Source of the DNA: Opitutales bacterium
GTDB taxonomy: Bacteria > Verrucomicrobiota > Verrucomicrobiia > Opitutales > PNEW01
Direction of reading: 5' to 3'
Length of the DNA: 64,000 bases
NCBI GenBank assembly: GCA_965197745.1
Contig: CBDANS010000007.1
Location: 1,628,306 to 1,692,305 of the forward strand
The notes beneath the pieces are model-generated. The model was not told the origin of the DNA. It worked only from the letters and a program-made list of their open reading frames with translations, and searched no databases. This document shows positions 21,199 through 31,848 of this stretch, in pieces; position 1 is the first letter of the stretch, and each line of letters opens with the position of its first letter. The position numbers and the translations under genes are program-made.

Positions 21199-22473
21199 TT
21201 AATTTGACCGCTGTAATTCCCTCGCACCGATATCGCGGCGAAAATAGATAGAAGGATAGCGCACTTGATCACAGTAGGCGTATGCATCTCGCGCCGCGGT
21301 CACTAAATCCTTACCCAGGGCGGTAATGCCCAACACGCGACCACCATTAGATTGGATTTTGCCATCACTCCCTAATTTTGTCCCGGCATGAATGACATGA
21401 ATATTATCAGGAGTATTTATTGGGAAATCTATAAATTCTCCTTTAGGGTAGTTTTCCGGATAGCCCTGGCTTGCCAGCACAACGGTTAATGCGCTTTGAT
21501 TTTTAAATTTAACTTCAGCGGGCTCCAATGAATCGGTCGCGCAAGCGTACATCATTTTCACCGGATCTGTATCGAGCAAGGGGAGTAAGACCTGTGTTTC
21601 GGGATCGCCAAAACGCACATTATATTCTATTACTTTAGGTCCATTGTTGGTGATCATAATATTGATATAAAGAACGCCATGATAGTCGATGGCTTCATTT
21701 ATCATGCCCGATAGGGTAGGTTCTATTATTTCCTTATCTATCTGTCGTTGAAGCTTGTCAGAAACAACAGGGGCAGGCGCATAAGCTCCCATACCTCCGG
21801 TATTGAGGCCGGTGTCATTTTCACCGATACGCTTGTGGTCCTGGCTGGGAGGAAGGGCAACATACCGGGACCCCGAGACGATAAGATGGATTGACGCTTC
21901 TTCTCCTTCCAGAAATTCCTCGATGACAATTTCATTTCCGCTGTCTCCAAATAAGTGACCCGAGAGCATATTCTGCACGGTGCTAGCGGCTTCCTCGTAA
22001 TTTTGTGCAATAATTACTCCTTTTCCCGCGGCCAAACCGCTCGCTTTAATGACGATTGGAAATGAACGCTTCCGAAGGTATTCAAGCGCTGAATTGACTT
22101 GGGTAAAGGTTGCAGAATCCGCGGTTGGAATACGGTACTTTGAAAGGAATTGTTTAGTAAATGACTTGCTTCCTTCGAGGTGTGCCGCTTTCTGGTTGGG
22201 GCCGAATACGGGGGTGTTTAATTTACTCAGTTCATCGACAACACCCGAACATAAAGGACCCTCGGGACCGACAATAGTGAAGTCGATTTTTTCTCTTTTC
22301 ACTAAATCTACAATGTTTTGAACGTCATTGACATCGATTGAATGGCAAGGTGCCTCTAAGGCCATGCCACCATTGCCCGGCGCTGCGATAACCCTATTCA
22401 CGAGAGGGCTTGCGAGGCATGCTTTGACAATTGTGTGCTCCCTCCCTCCTGATCCTATTACCAGAACTTTCAT
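21199..22473 (-). CDS. purD: Phosphoribosylamine-glycine ligase
   Basis: MKVLVIGSGGREH start and an ATP-grasp core. 424 aa. Confidence 0.95.
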   Translation of the reverse strand: MKVLVIGSGGREHTIVKACLASPLVNRVIAAPGNGGMALEAPCHSIDVNDVQNIVDLVKREKIDFTIVGPEGPLCSGVVDELSKLNTPVFGPNQKAAHLEGSKSFTKQFLSKYRIPTADSATFTQVNSALEYLRKRSFPIVIKASGLAAGKGVIIAQNYEEAASTVQNMLSGHLFGDSGNEIVIEEFLEGEEASIHLIVSGSRYVALPPSQDHKRIGENDTGLNTGGMGAYAPAPVVSDKLQRQIDKEIIEPTLSGMINEAIDYHGVLYINIMITNNGPKVIEYNVRFGDPETQVLLPLLDTDPVKMMYACATDSLEPAEVKFKNQSALTVVLASQGYPENYPKGEFIDFPINTPDNIHVIHAGTKLGSDGKIQSNGGRVLGITALGKDLVTAARDAYAYCDQVRYPSIYFRRDIGARELQRSN

Positions 22474-22647
22474 AGATTATAAAACGGTTCTCTATACGGA
22501 ATCATAGGTTGGCATTTTTTTGAACAGGGTAAAGATTTGAATTACTCTCATTCTTGGGATAATAGCAATTAAAGATATATTAAAATGTGATATTAAAGGG
22601 CATTATTGGTTTGTCTTAGTCACCTTATGAACTGATATCTAAGACTC

Positions 22648-24072
22648 ATGGTGATTTATTTTATGGGCATCTGTGGGACGGCGATGGGTAACACCGCTCT
22701 GATGTTAAAAAATCTTGGCCACGATGTTTGCGGAGCTGATTCCGGCATTTATCCTCCGATGTCAGATTTACTGGAAAATGCGGGGATATCGATCACCGAT
22801 GGTTTTAATCCCCACCATCTGGAAGCGCTGGATCCTGATTTAGTGGTGGTGGGAAATGCGATCTCCCGAGGTAATCCGGAAATAGAATGGTTACTCGACA
22901 GCAGGCGTTTCCCGTTTACCTCACTGCCCGCGCTTCTTCATGATTTTATCCTTAAGGATCACTTGAATATTGTTGTTACAGGGACCCACGGCAAAACGAC
23001 CACTAGCGCATTAACAGCATTTTTACTCAAGAAGGCCGGTTCCGAACCGGGATATCTAATAGGCGGAGTGCCGCGCGATTTGACCTATGGCGCACATGAA
23101 GGAAATAAAAATGGCCCTTTCGTAATTGAGGGAGATGAATACGACAGCGCTCTCTTTGATAAACGCAGTAAATTCATTCATTATTTGCCGACGATTCTTA
23201 TAATCAATAATATTGAATATGACCACAGTGATATTTTCAGAGATCTTTCCGATGTGCAGCGAAGTTTCAGCCATCTCTTGCGCACTGTTCCCTCACAGGG
23301 GCGCGTTCTGGTCAATGGTGATGACCGTAACATTGCCGCGCTCCTACCTGTCCCCTGGACACGCGTCATCAGGGTAGGTTCAGGCACGGGAAACGATTTA
23401 CGAATTGGAGATTTTCAGGAGACTTCCAAGGGAAGCCGATTTAAACTCTACTGGCATGAAGAACTTTGGGGTGAAATTAACTGGAATCATACAGGCCTGT
23501 TTAATGCACGCAATGCGGCGATGGCGGCATTAGCGGCAGGATTCACCTTATACCCCGAAAATCCCATGCAGTTCACGCTTGGTGAATTCGAAGACTTTAA
23601 GGGAGTGAAGCGCAGGCAGGAACTCCTCATCGCAAATAAATCAATAATAGTCTTAGAGGATTTTGCCCATCACCCAACGGCTATCGAGCAGACTATCGAG
23701 TCGCTTCGCCACCGCTATCCTCAGCATAAAATTACCGCTGGTTTTGAGCCTCGCAGTAATACCGCTCGCACCCCTGTTTTTCAGGAAAAATTCGCGCAAT
23801 CATTAAGTTTCGCGGATCAGGTAATGATTGGTCCTGTTCATCGGGCTGATAAATTACCCCCTGAAGGACGACTCGATACTGAGCAGCTCGCGCTCGCTCT
23901 GAGCAAAGCAAATGTAATGGCTAAATCGTTTGCCGACAATAAAGAGCTTCTGGAAGTGTTATGGCAAACAACGCTGGAAGGAAACGGACAGGACCATGTT
24001 ATAATATTTTTCACAAATGGCTCATTTGACGGTATCATTCAAACATTTGTTGAGCGGGTAAGCGCGATTTAA
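22648..24072 (+). CDS. mpl: UDP-N-acetylmuramate:L-alanyl-gamma-D-glutamyl-meso-DAP ligase (murein peptide ligase)
   Basis: GICGTAMG..LGH.V.G.D..IYPPMS N-terminus characteristic of Mpl, and a GTHGKTTT P-loop. Confidence 0.85.
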   Translation: MVIYFMGICGTAMGNTALMLKNLGHDVCGADSGIYPPMSDLLENAGISITDGFNPHHLEALDPDLVVVGNAISRGNPEIEWLLDSRRFPFTSLPALLHDFILKDHLNIVVTGTHGKTTTSALTAFLLKKAGSEPGYLIGGVPRDLTYGAHEGNKNGPFVIEGDEYDSALFDKRSKFIHYLPTILIINNIEYDHSDIFRDLSDVQRSFSHLLRTVPSQGRVLVNGDDRNIAALLPVPWTRVIRVGSGTGNDLRIGDFQETSKGSRFKLYWHEELWGEINWNHTGLFNARNAAMAALAAGFTLYPENPMQFTLGEFEDFKGVKRRQELLIANKSIIVLEDFAHHPTAIEQTIESLRHRYPQHKITAGFEPRSNTARTPVFQEKFAQSLSFADQVMIGPVHRADKLPPEGRLDTEQLALALSKANVMAKSFADNKELLEVLWQTTLEGNGQDHVIIFFTNGSFDGIIQTFVERVSAI

Positions 24073-24083
24073 TGGCGAGGTTA

Positions 24084-25388
24084 TTAAATGTTTTTAAAGA
24101 GAATTCTTGAATTGCGGTTGCTCTCGATCAGGGTTTTAAGACGATCCTCAGGCAAATCTTTTTTTGTCCCTTCGGTAAATCCGCAAACATCATGAAAGAA
24201 TGAAAAACTTTGTGTCGTAAGTGCAAAAATCTTATTACGACCTTGATTCGCGGCTTCGAGACATGCGAATTCCACTAACTTTTTACCTACCCCCTTTCCC
24301 TGGTAAAAAGGGAGGACATTGACCGCAGCAAGTTCCACTACATTATTCTCAGGATAATCATTTAAACAAGCGCAAGCTACGATGCTTCCATCAATTTCAT
24401 AGACATAGAAACAATCAATTTCGGCATTAATAGTTTCATAGGATCTTGATTTTAATAGCTCATCTTTGGTCGCAGATTTGGTGATGTTAAAAATGAACTG
24501 AACGTCCTCAGACCGAGCCTTTCTGATTTGCTGATACTCATTGCCATGAATCATGGTCCCGATTCCGACGCTTGAGAAAATTTCTGTGAGCAGGCCGTCG
24601 TATAAGCGTCCATCAATTAGATGCGCGCGAGGAACTCCTCCTTCTATAGCCTTCATCGATTGATAGGTTTTGCTTCGCACTTTTTCTTCGATAGAAGTCT
24701 TATTGGTATCAAATATATTTTGTATCTCCTTGAGGGTAATATTACGGATAAATTGGCTATTGATACTAAGCCCGGAATTTAAGCTTATATAAATGAGTTT
24801 TGATGCCTCAAGGCTGATTGCTAATTCAGAAGCCAGCAAATCTGAGTTTATTCGTAATGTTTCCCCAATACGGCTGAAAGCGAGGGGCGATATTACAGGC
24901 AGGACGCCTTTTTGCAGCTGATTTCTGATGAAATCCACGTCTATTCTGTCCACTTTTCCGCGGTTGATTTGATCAATACCTCCAATAATACCTACTTCAG
25001 TGGCGCGTACTGCATTGCTGAGTGAACATTTAATGCCATTTTTACTAAGCCCCTGCATTAAACTATGGCTGACCTGCGCCGCGGATTTAACCGCCAACGC
25101 GAGTGTCTTATCATCTATTATTCCCTCACCGTAAGCATCGGAAATAGCCACCTTTTCATTTTCCCCTGATTGCCTGAGCTGTTTGCCTATACCAAAGACG
25201 ATGGCAATCTGAATGTTAAGGCTGCGTAAAACAGCGATATCGAGCAGGAGATTTGAAAAATTGTTGTCGTCGATAACACTGCCATCTATGGCAATGACAA
25301 AAACATGATCACGGAAAAGCGGTACATATTTAAGTATACCTCTTAAATCGACCGGTTTAATTTCCGCGATTCTATCGTCTTTTTTCAT
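24084..25388 (-). CDS. argA: Amino-acid N-acetyltransferase (N-acetylglutamate synthase; AAK domain + GNAT)
   Basis: Amino-acid-kinase fold (FVIAIDGS...) followed by GNAT (FYQGKGVGKKLVE). I chose the Met at 25388 (MKKDDRIAEIK). The ORF-track start at 25517 adds 43 implausible residues. Confidence 0.75.
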   Translation of the reverse strand: MKKDDRIAEIKPVDLRGILKYVPLFRDHVFVIAIDGSVIDDNNFSNLLLDIAVLRSLNIQIAIVFGIGKQLRQSGENEKVAISDAYGEGIIDDKTLALAVKSAAQVSHSLMQGLSKNGIKCSLSNAVRATEVGIIGGIDQINRGKVDRIDVDFIRNQLQKGVLPVISPLAFSRIGETLRINSDLLASELAISLEASKLIYISLNSGLSINSQFIRNITLKEIQNIFDTNKTSIEEKVRSKTYQSMKAIEGGVPRAHLIDGRLYDGLLTEIFSSVGIGTMIHGNEYQQIRKARSEDVQFIFNITKSATKDELLKSRSYETINAEIDCFYVYEIDGSIVACACLNDYPENNVVELAAVNVLPFYQGKGVGKKLVEFACLEAANQGRNKIFALTTQSFSFFHDVCGFTEGTKKDLPEDRLKTLIESNRNSRILFKNI

Positions 25389-25545
25389 TGTTCCTCTTAA
25401 GTCACTCGCTAATGACTCTTTTCTATATCTACTCGTGGTGATAGATGCCTGAATGCGACGTGCTCTGGTAAATGTCGGGTTGTGCAAGTATGAGCCGGAA
25501 ATCCATGCCGCCACCACAACCTGCTGAATTTAAAAGTAAATCCGA

Positions 25546-25941
25546 TCAGTTCGGCTCTTCGTCTTCTCCGAGAGGCTCTTCGAAGCACCATAAAGGATTA
25601 GTCCCGGGACGTGAATATTTCTCGGTGATAAGCTCCAGTCGCTGTGCTAAATCACGCATAAGGCGCCATGTAAGGTGGGGGCGAGTGCGTATAATTTCTT
25701 CAATGCCCTGAGAGAGATGCACAACCTTACATTCTGTTTCAGCTTTGACATTGCAGCTTCGAGCTTTTCCCAGGATATCGCTCATTTCCCCAAAAATAGT
25801 GCCGGGCTTACTTATGCTTGCGACAATTTTATTACCCTTAAGGACATTGAGAGTCCCGGAGCGAAGGATAAAAAACCCTTTTCCGTCTTCACCCTCTTCA
25901 ATGATTAAATCTCCTGGATTATAGACAATTATATCACTCAT
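25546..25941 (-). CDS. Stand-alone cyclic-nucleotide-binding domain protein
   Basis: cNMP-binding beta-barrel pattern GDLIIEEGEDGKGFFILRSG...GTIFGEMS. No output domain. Confidence 0.7.
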   Translation of the reverse strand: MSDIIVYNPGDLIIEEGEDGKGFFILRSGTLNVLKGNKIVASISKPGTIFGEMSDILGKARSCNVKAETECKVVHLSQGIEEIIRTRPHLTWRLMRDLAQRLELITEKYSRPGTNPLWCFEEPLGEDEEPN

Positions 25942-26105
25942 GAGATCGTATTAAATTGCATTTTGCTTTTGCTTTCAAGCATTCTATTTAAAGACAGATT
26001 TTATGAATTTGATTTTGATAGTAAATATAAATTGAGAGAAAAAAAACTATTAATAACGCTTCGGGACTAGAAGATAAAATTCAGGCATTTCTCGCTTATC
26101 TCGAA

Positions 26106-26969
26106 TTGGAGAAAGGAATGTCTGCCCATACCGCAGAAGGTTATTTCCGCGACCTGCGGCAGTGCATGGATTTTCTTCTAAGCTTAAAAATTGAGAACTG
26201 GCTGGAAGTCCGAGGGGAGCATATTTCATTATGGATCAGTTCGCTTTCGCGAAAAAAGTATGCGGTTGCCAGCATAGCGCGTAAATTAACCTCGGTTCGC
26301 ATGATGGCGCGTTATCTGGTAAAAGAAGGTTATCGTCAGGATGATTTTACAGCGCTTATTTCAGGCCCCAAAATTACACGCAGACTCCCGGTGACGCTAA
26401 CTTTGGAAGAAATAAAAAAACTCTTTCAGGCGCCTGACACTAAAACACCTCAAGGGTTGAGAGATTGCGCAATATTGGAATTGCTTTACAGCAGTGGATT
26501 GCGTGTATCCGAGTTATCCGCATTGGCTTTACATGAAATAGATTTAGAAAATGATTTTCTAAGGGTAACCGCGGGAAAAGGTGATAAACAACGTGTCGTT
26601 CCCATTGGAAGCAAAGCAAAAGAAGCTGTCGATCGCTATATCAATTCAGCGCGGTCAAAATTGGTCAAAGCCAAAACCGGCAGCGCTCTTTTTCTAAGTA
26701 ATCGCGGTCAACCTATTTCACGCAAAACTGTCTGGTTGCTGCTGAAAAATTACGCGATAAAAGCGGGGATTGAAAAGCCGATGAAACCTCATATTCTACG
26801 CCACTCTTTTGCCACCCATTTACTCAGCGGGGGCGCTGACTTACGAGCGATACAGGAAATGCTCGGGCATGCTGACATCGCCACTACTCAAATATATACG
26901 GCGGTGGAAAAAGAGCGCCTTATAGAGGGGCATGGAAATTTTCATCCCCGCGAAGATCAAACACTCTAG
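26106..26969 (+). CDS. xerD: Tyrosine recombinase XerD-type (the real start is probably upstream of the listed TTG)
   Basis: R..HxxR..Y catalytic set (LRVSEL, LRHSFATHLL, GHADIATTQIYT). The conserved N-terminal helix (IQAFLAYLELEKGMS) begins before 26106. Confidence 0.85.
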   Translation: MEKGMSAHTAEGYFRDLRQCMDFLLSLKIENWLEVRGEHISLWISSLSRKKYAVASIARKLTSVRMMARYLVKEGYRQDDFTALISGPKITRRLPVTLTLEEIKKLFQAPDTKTPQGLRDCAILELLYSSGLRVSELSALALHEIDLENDFLRVTAGKGDKQRVVPIGSKAKEAVDRYINSARSKLVKAKTGSALFLSNRGQPISRKTVWLLLKNYAIKAGIEKPMKPHILRHSFATHLLSGGADLRAIQEMLGHADIATTQIYTAVEKERLIEGHGNFHPREDQTL

Positions 26970-27002
26970 GCGGTATGTTTTCCAGGGCCTGGCCTGGAAT
27001 TG

Positions 27003-27668
27003 CTAAAGATTGGCGTCATACTTTCTGCTGAGAAAGCTTATTACAAATACCACGCATACTGAAATACTCATTATTATTACCGATAAAAAGAATACCTGTT
27101 TAATATCACCTGATTCCACCGCGAAAAATATAGCAATGGGGATGGTCTGCGTTTTGCCGGGAATATTACCCGCAATCATAAGCGTTGCCCCGAACTCGCC
27201 GAGCGCTCGCATAAAACTCAGTATTATCGCGGCGGTAATACTCGCCCAGCATAATGGCACCATTACTTTCCAAATAATCCGCCATTCACTGTATCCGAAA
27301 ATCCGTGCGGCGTCGAGCAGACTGGGTTCGATTTGCAAGAAAGCGGCACGTATCGTTTGATACATTAAAGGAAATGTAACTACGGTGGCGGCAATCACCG
27401 CAGCAGGCCAGGAAAAGATTATAGATACCCCGATCGAAGAGAGGATCTCGCCAATGGGTGACTGTCTTCCAAAAATAATTAAAAGTAATAGCCCTATTAC
27501 GGTTGGAGGGAGGGCGAGGGGAAACATAAGGACACCATCGAGGATATCCAGACCCCGATGTTTATAACGCAAACGCCATCGAGCCGCAAGCACCCCTAAG
27601 ACAAAGGTTATAGCGGTGGCCGTCGTTGCCGTTTTTAAAGATAACCACAAAGGGGTGAGGTCTATCAT
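27003..27668 (-). CDS. modB: Molybdate ABC transporter permease
   Basis: MetI-like permease with an EAA loop (AARIFGYSEWRIIWKVMVP), adjacent to modA. Confidence 0.9.
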   Translation of the reverse strand: MIDLTPLWLSLKTATTATAITFVLGVLAARWRLRYKHRGLDILDGVLMFPLALPPTVIGLLLLIIFGRQSPIGEILSSIGVSIIFSWPAAVIAATVVTFPLMYQTIRAAFLQIEPSLLDAARIFGYSEWRIIWKVMVPLCWASITAAIILSFMRALGEFGATLMIAGNIPGKTQTIPIAIFFAVESGDIKQVFFLSVIIMSISVCVVFVISFLSRKYDANL

Positions 27669-27700
27669 GGTTGGGATGCTTACCCATTAAATGTTAGGGG

Positions 27701-28471
27701 TCAATCCTCCACCAGAAGGAAATCATAATGATGAAAGATCTCTTTCGCTTTATCACTTTCAAGGAAAAGCAAAAAAGCATTGGCTAACTCCGGGTGGGTG
27801 GTATTTCGGATGATCGCACCGGAGTATTTTATAGGGCGATGTGCAGATGCAGGAACTAAGGCTGCGATTCTTATATTCTTTGCCTGCTCTGCATCCGTTT
27901 TATAAACAATTCCTGCTTCGACATTTTCACTTTCCACATAGGCGACTGTCTGCAAAGCATTTTTGGCAAAGACCAGTTTGGGGTGGAGTTTTTCAAGCAA
28001 CCCCATGGAGTGGAGAATATCCTCCGCATAGCGGCCTATGGGAACGGTTTTAAATTCTCCAACGGCAATCCGTTTAACACCTGGTTTCAGCAAATCAGTG
28101 ATGTCATTTAAGCTTTCATTCCTTTTATGTGTAATAAGAACAACTTTATTTGAAAGAATGTATCTATGAGAATTTCTATCGATAATATTCTCATTCAGCA
28201 ATAGATCCATATGCTCACTGGCAGCTGAGAGAAAAATATCGACAGGAGCCCCATTTTGAATCTGATGACAGAGCGAACCTGAGCTTCCAAAGTTGAAGAA
28301 TAAGTCGATGGCAGGATGGGTATTTTTAAAATGAGAGGAAATTTCAAGGAGGGGAGGGCGAAGGCTAATCGCGGTTGAGACCGTAATCGCTTCTCTTTTA
28401 GCGCATGCAGTGAAACCTGCGACAACGACAAGCAAGGCCAGACAAACAATAAATCCTGAATCAGATTTCAA
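27701..28471 (-). CDS. modA: Molybdate ABC transporter substrate-binding protein
   Basis: Lipoprotein-like signal (VVAGFTAC) and the ModA pattern FNFGSSGSL..QI..GAPVDIF.SA. Confidence 0.85.
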   Translation of the reverse strand: MKSDSGFIVCLALLVVVAGFTACAKREAITVSTAISLRPPLLEISSHFKNTHPAIDLFFNFGSSGSLCHQIQNGAPVDIFLSAASEHMDLLLNENIIDRNSHRYILSNKVVLITHKRNESLNDITDLLKPGVKRIAVGEFKTVPIGRYAEDILHSMGLLEKLHPKLVFAKNALQTVAYVESENVEAGIVYKTDAEQAKNIRIAALVPASAHRPIKYSGAIIRNTTHPELANAFLLFLESDKAKEIFHHYDFLLVED

Positions 28472-28712
28472 TTTCTAATATTGTGGGAAGAAAGAGATAT
28501 TAATAAGGGGTGATCGTATGCCTCTATAGTTAATAAGGATAATGCATTAAAGACCAACTTAAATGAGCCAAGTCTAAAATCAAATAAATGAAGCCGGAAC
28601 AATTTTATTACTTGAAGGTGTGTTAGTTTAATATAAAGCCTTTTAAATCCAGAAGAAGTTTATAATCATTAAACGCTTAAGTTAAACTCAACCGTTGATC
28701 TGACAATTAGCA

Positions 28713-29492
28713 ATGGAAATCATTTTTATGGGAACGGGTACTTCCCAGGGAGTCCCCATGATCGCTCATGACCATGACGGAATTGATCTCGATAATCCAA
28801 AAAACTGGAGGTCGAGAAGCAGTATTCACGTTATTATGGATGGGTGTCATATTCAAATAGACGCTGCCCAGGAATTCAGAATGCAATGTATTAAAAACAA
28901 TATACGGGAGATTAACCTGTTCATCCTCACTCATAGCCATGCTGATCATATATTAGGGATGGATGATCTGCGACGCTTTTGCGATTTACTCGGTGGCAAT
29001 TCAATTCCGGTATACAGTACCTCAATGGGTCTCGAGCGAGTGCGGGAAATCTATCCTTATGCGATTCGGAGTAAACCTGAGTTTCGTGGTTATCCGGCCT
29101 TTAATTTAATGGAAATGCCATCTGTGTTGGAACTGGACGCGGGGCGAGTATATTCCACATCTCTACCTCACGGTCGGATGGAAGTTCTGGGACTGTTGTT
29201 TGAAGAACGCAGCAGTGGTAAAAAAGTCGCTTACTATACAGATTGCAAAGAAGTTGGCGTGGAGCAGCGCAATCTAGCTCGTGGAGCCGATGTTGTTATT
29301 CTGGATGCACTCCGACCCGATCCTCATCCCACCCATATGTCAATTGATGAAGCCCTGGAAACAGCTCAAGATATTGGCGCTCCACATACTTATTTTACAC
29401 ACATGACATTTATGGTGGACCACGAGACCTACAACAGCAAATTCCCCGACAAGATTTCTCTTGCCTACGACGGATTGAGGATAGCTTTATAA
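28713..29492 (+). CDS. MBL-fold metallo-hydrolase (PhnP-like)
   Basis: HSHADH metal-binding motif and an N-terminal GTGTSQGVP. Confidence 0.75.
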   Translation: MEIIFMGTGTSQGVPMIAHDHDGIDLDNPKNWRSRSSIHVIMDGCHIQIDAAQEFRMQCIKNNIREINLFILTHSHADHILGMDDLRRFCDLLGGNSIPVYSTSMGLERVREIYPYAIRSKPEFRGYPAFNLMEMPSVLELDAGRVYSTSLPHGRMEVLGLLFEERSSGKKVAYYTDCKEVGVEQRNLARGADVVILDALRPDPHPTHMSIDEALETAQDIGAPHTYFTHMTFMVDHETYNSKFPDKISLAYDGLRIAL

Positions 29493-29545
29493 ATCCAGTA
29501 TTTTAGAAAATGTAGCGACAGTCGGAAAGGAGTGATTCCCGCAAT

Positions 29546-30544
29546 TTACGCTTCTTTTCGATCGCTCTTTTTTGCGGGAATTAATTCCTCGAATTCTCCC
29601 ATTGCGCGATACTTTTGATAGCGGGATTCAAGCAAATCTTTAACAGATTTGGTTTTAAGTTCTTTAAGATGACGAAGCATCGCATTTTTCACATATTCAG
29701 CCGCTAATTCGTGATCGCAATGGGCTCCCCCATAGGGTTCTTCAATAATTTCGTCAGCAATACCGAGTTTTATCAGTTCCTTTGAGTTTAATTTAAGCGC
29801 TTCAGCGGCTTTAACCGTATGTTCTCGGTTGCGCCAGAGTATGGCCGCACAAGCCTCTGGAGGGCTTACTGAGTAATAGGCATATTGCATGATCAGAATA
29901 CGGTCCGATACTCCGATTCCCAACGCTCCTCCGGAGCTGCCTTCACCGAGAACAATGGAAATAAAAGGGACCGGCAATCGGCTCATTTCCCGTAAATTAA
30001 CGGCGATAGCCTCCGCGACATGGCGCTCTTCAGACCCCACGCCGGCATAGGCTGCCTTGGTATCAATGAAAGCGAAAATCGGCATTTTAAATTTTACGGC
30101 CATCTTCATTAAGCGTAATGCTTTGCGGTAACCTTCCGGTAGAGGCATTCCAAAATTACGCGCAATATTCTCTTTGGTATCACGCCCTTTTTGCTGGGCG
30201 ATAATCATTACCGGTTTACCTTCAAAAAAAGCAGTGCCACCAATTAATGCTTTATCATCACCAAAACGTCTATCGCCATGTAATTCCTGGAAATCAGTAA
30301 ATATGGTGTTTATATAATTAAGAGCATAAGGGCGTTTGGGGTGTCGCGCAAGTTGGATGATTTGCCAGGAGGTCAAGTTTGAATAAATCTCAAGCTTTGT
30401 GGCTTCGATCTTTTTTTCTATGGCTTCAGTTTCACCCGATAAATCAAGGTTGCTGGCCATTGAATTTCTTCTGAGTTCATCGAGTTGTTTCTCCAAGTCA
30501 CGGAGTGGCTTTTCGAATTCTAGCATAAATTGGGAGTTTTCCAT
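29546..30544 (-). CDS. accA: Acetyl-CoA carboxylase carboxyltransferase subunit alpha
   Basis: Typical AccA sequence throughout (ARHPKRPY, GEGSSGGALGIG). Confidence 0.95.
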   Translation of the reverse strand: MENSQFMLEFEKPLRDLEKQLDELRRNSMASNLDLSGETEAIEKKIEATKLEIYSNLTSWQIIQLARHPKRPYALNYINTIFTDFQELHGDRRFGDDKALIGGTAFFEGKPVMIIAQQKGRDTKENIARNFGMPLPEGYRKALRLMKMAVKFKMPIFAFIDTKAAYAGVGSEERHVAEAIAVNLREMSRLPVPFISIVLGEGSSGGALGIGVSDRILIMQYAYYSVSPPEACAAILWRNREHTVKAAEALKLNSKELIKLGIADEIIEEPYGGAHCDHELAAEYVKNAMLRHLKELKTKSVKDLLESRYQKYRAMGEFEELIPAKKSDRKEA

Positions 30545-30635
30545 AAAAGGGGATGATTGATACTTTAATTTGAAATAAATACCCGTAATTGCACGGGAAA
30601 ATTAAAGGATAAAAAATATAACTTTAATATTTAAA

Positions 30636-30983
30636 TTAATCTTTACGAGAAGATTTTAATTCGTCTTTCCAACTCAGCTGACGCGCCTGTGCCCCGAATT
30701 TCTCCGCCGTGGATTTATCACCACGCTCCATCCATATCCTTGAGAGACTGGTATTAATGTGAATATCGTCGGGACATAGAGCGTAAGCTTTTTCGGCGGC
30801 ATCCAGCGCCTGATCAAGATTTTTTTCCGAAAAATAAACTTCAGTTAAAGCGTGCCAGGCGGCAAAACAATCAGGCTCAGCTTGGATCGCTTCTTCAAGT
30901 TTTTTAATCGCTTTCTCATTTTCGCCCAAGGTGTAATCGAGGGTAGCGTCTTCTACGAGTATTTGCACATCATCGTGACTCAT
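30636..30983 (-). CDS. Small tetratricopeptide-repeat protein
   Basis: Three TPR-like helical hairpins (AIKKLEEAIQAEPD.., ALDAAEKAYALCPDD..). Confidence 0.6.
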   Translation of the reverse strand: MSHDDVQILVEDATLDYTLGENEKAIKKLEEAIQAEPDCFAAWHALTEVYFSEKNLDQALDAAEKAYALCPDDIHINTSLSRIWMERGDKSTAEKFGAQARQLSWKDELKSSRKD

Positions 30984-31254
30984 ACTGGATATTATATTTT
31001 ATAATGAGTTATTCGATAAGAGTTGACGAAAAAAATAATAAGATTGAACTTCGAATTTTAAAGGTGAATTTATTTAGACTTAAGACGAATCTTTCTTCAA
31101 TAGTTATCCTCAAGATCAGGTTAATAGCAACTAATACTGAGTATTTATTATGATACTTTTTATGAGCGTTATATCAATTATTTTATACATCTAAAATAGC
31201 TGAACACACATAAATGGAGGCAAATCATAACTTAAAATATTTAATATTCAATAT

Positions 31255-31767
31255 ATGGGAAAAAATAATACAAAGAAACAGTATATAATTCGCAAATCTT
31301 CTATTCACAATAAAGGGGCGTTTGCCATCGAAGAGATTGAAAAAGGGACGCGAATTATTGAATACGTAGGAGATAAGGTCACGAAGGCCGAATCTGAAAA
31401 GCGTAGCATTAAAATGATCAATAAAGCAGAACGAACGGGTGGAGGCGCGGTCTATATTTTTGAATTAACAAAACGCCACGATATAGATGGGAGTATCCCC
31501 CGGAATATCGCTCGTTTTGTTAACCATTCCTGCAAACCCAATTGCGAGACAGATATTATTCGGGGTCATATTTGGATTATAGCAAAGAGAAATATTAAGA
31601 AGGGAGAAGAGCTTTCCTATGACTACGGCTATGACATAGACAATTTTCGTGATCATCCATGCCATTGTGGCAACGACAACTGTGTCGGGTACATAGTGGA
31701 CAGAGAGCAGTGGCCAAAATTAAAACGTATTCTTAAGAAAGAATCGAAGAGTAAAAATAAAAAGTAA
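31255..31767 (+). CDS. SET-domain lysine methyltransferase-like protein
   Basis: NHSCKPNC, ELSYDY and the post-SET Cys cluster CHCGNDNCVGY. Confidence 0.8.
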   Translation: MGKNNTKKQYIIRKSSIHNKGAFAIEEIEKGTRIIEYVGDKVTKAESEKRSIKMINKAERTGGGAVYIFELTKRHDIDGSIPRNIARFVNHSCKPNCETDIIRGHIWIIAKRNIKKGEELSYDYGYDIDNFRDHPCHCGNDNCVGYIVDREQWPKLKRILKKESKSKNKK

Positions 31768-31848
31768 AGAGGTGAACCGAGCTTGGAACATCCGGTTTTT
31801 TGATGAACGATTTCTGGGAAAGTGCAATCCCGAGGCCTTGATGCATAG

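Noticed and set aside
24084-25517. A 43-residue N-terminal extension of argA as listed in the ORF track
   Set aside because: The extension is Arg/Ser/Thr-rich and has no homology pattern. The Met at 25388 immediately precedes the conserved amino-acid-kinase fold.
28472-28712. A possible molybdenum-cofactor riboswitch upstream of modA
   Set aside because: The leader is AT-rich, and I could not find the conserved GC-rich Moco motif elements by eye. An Infernal scan would be needed to exclude it formally.
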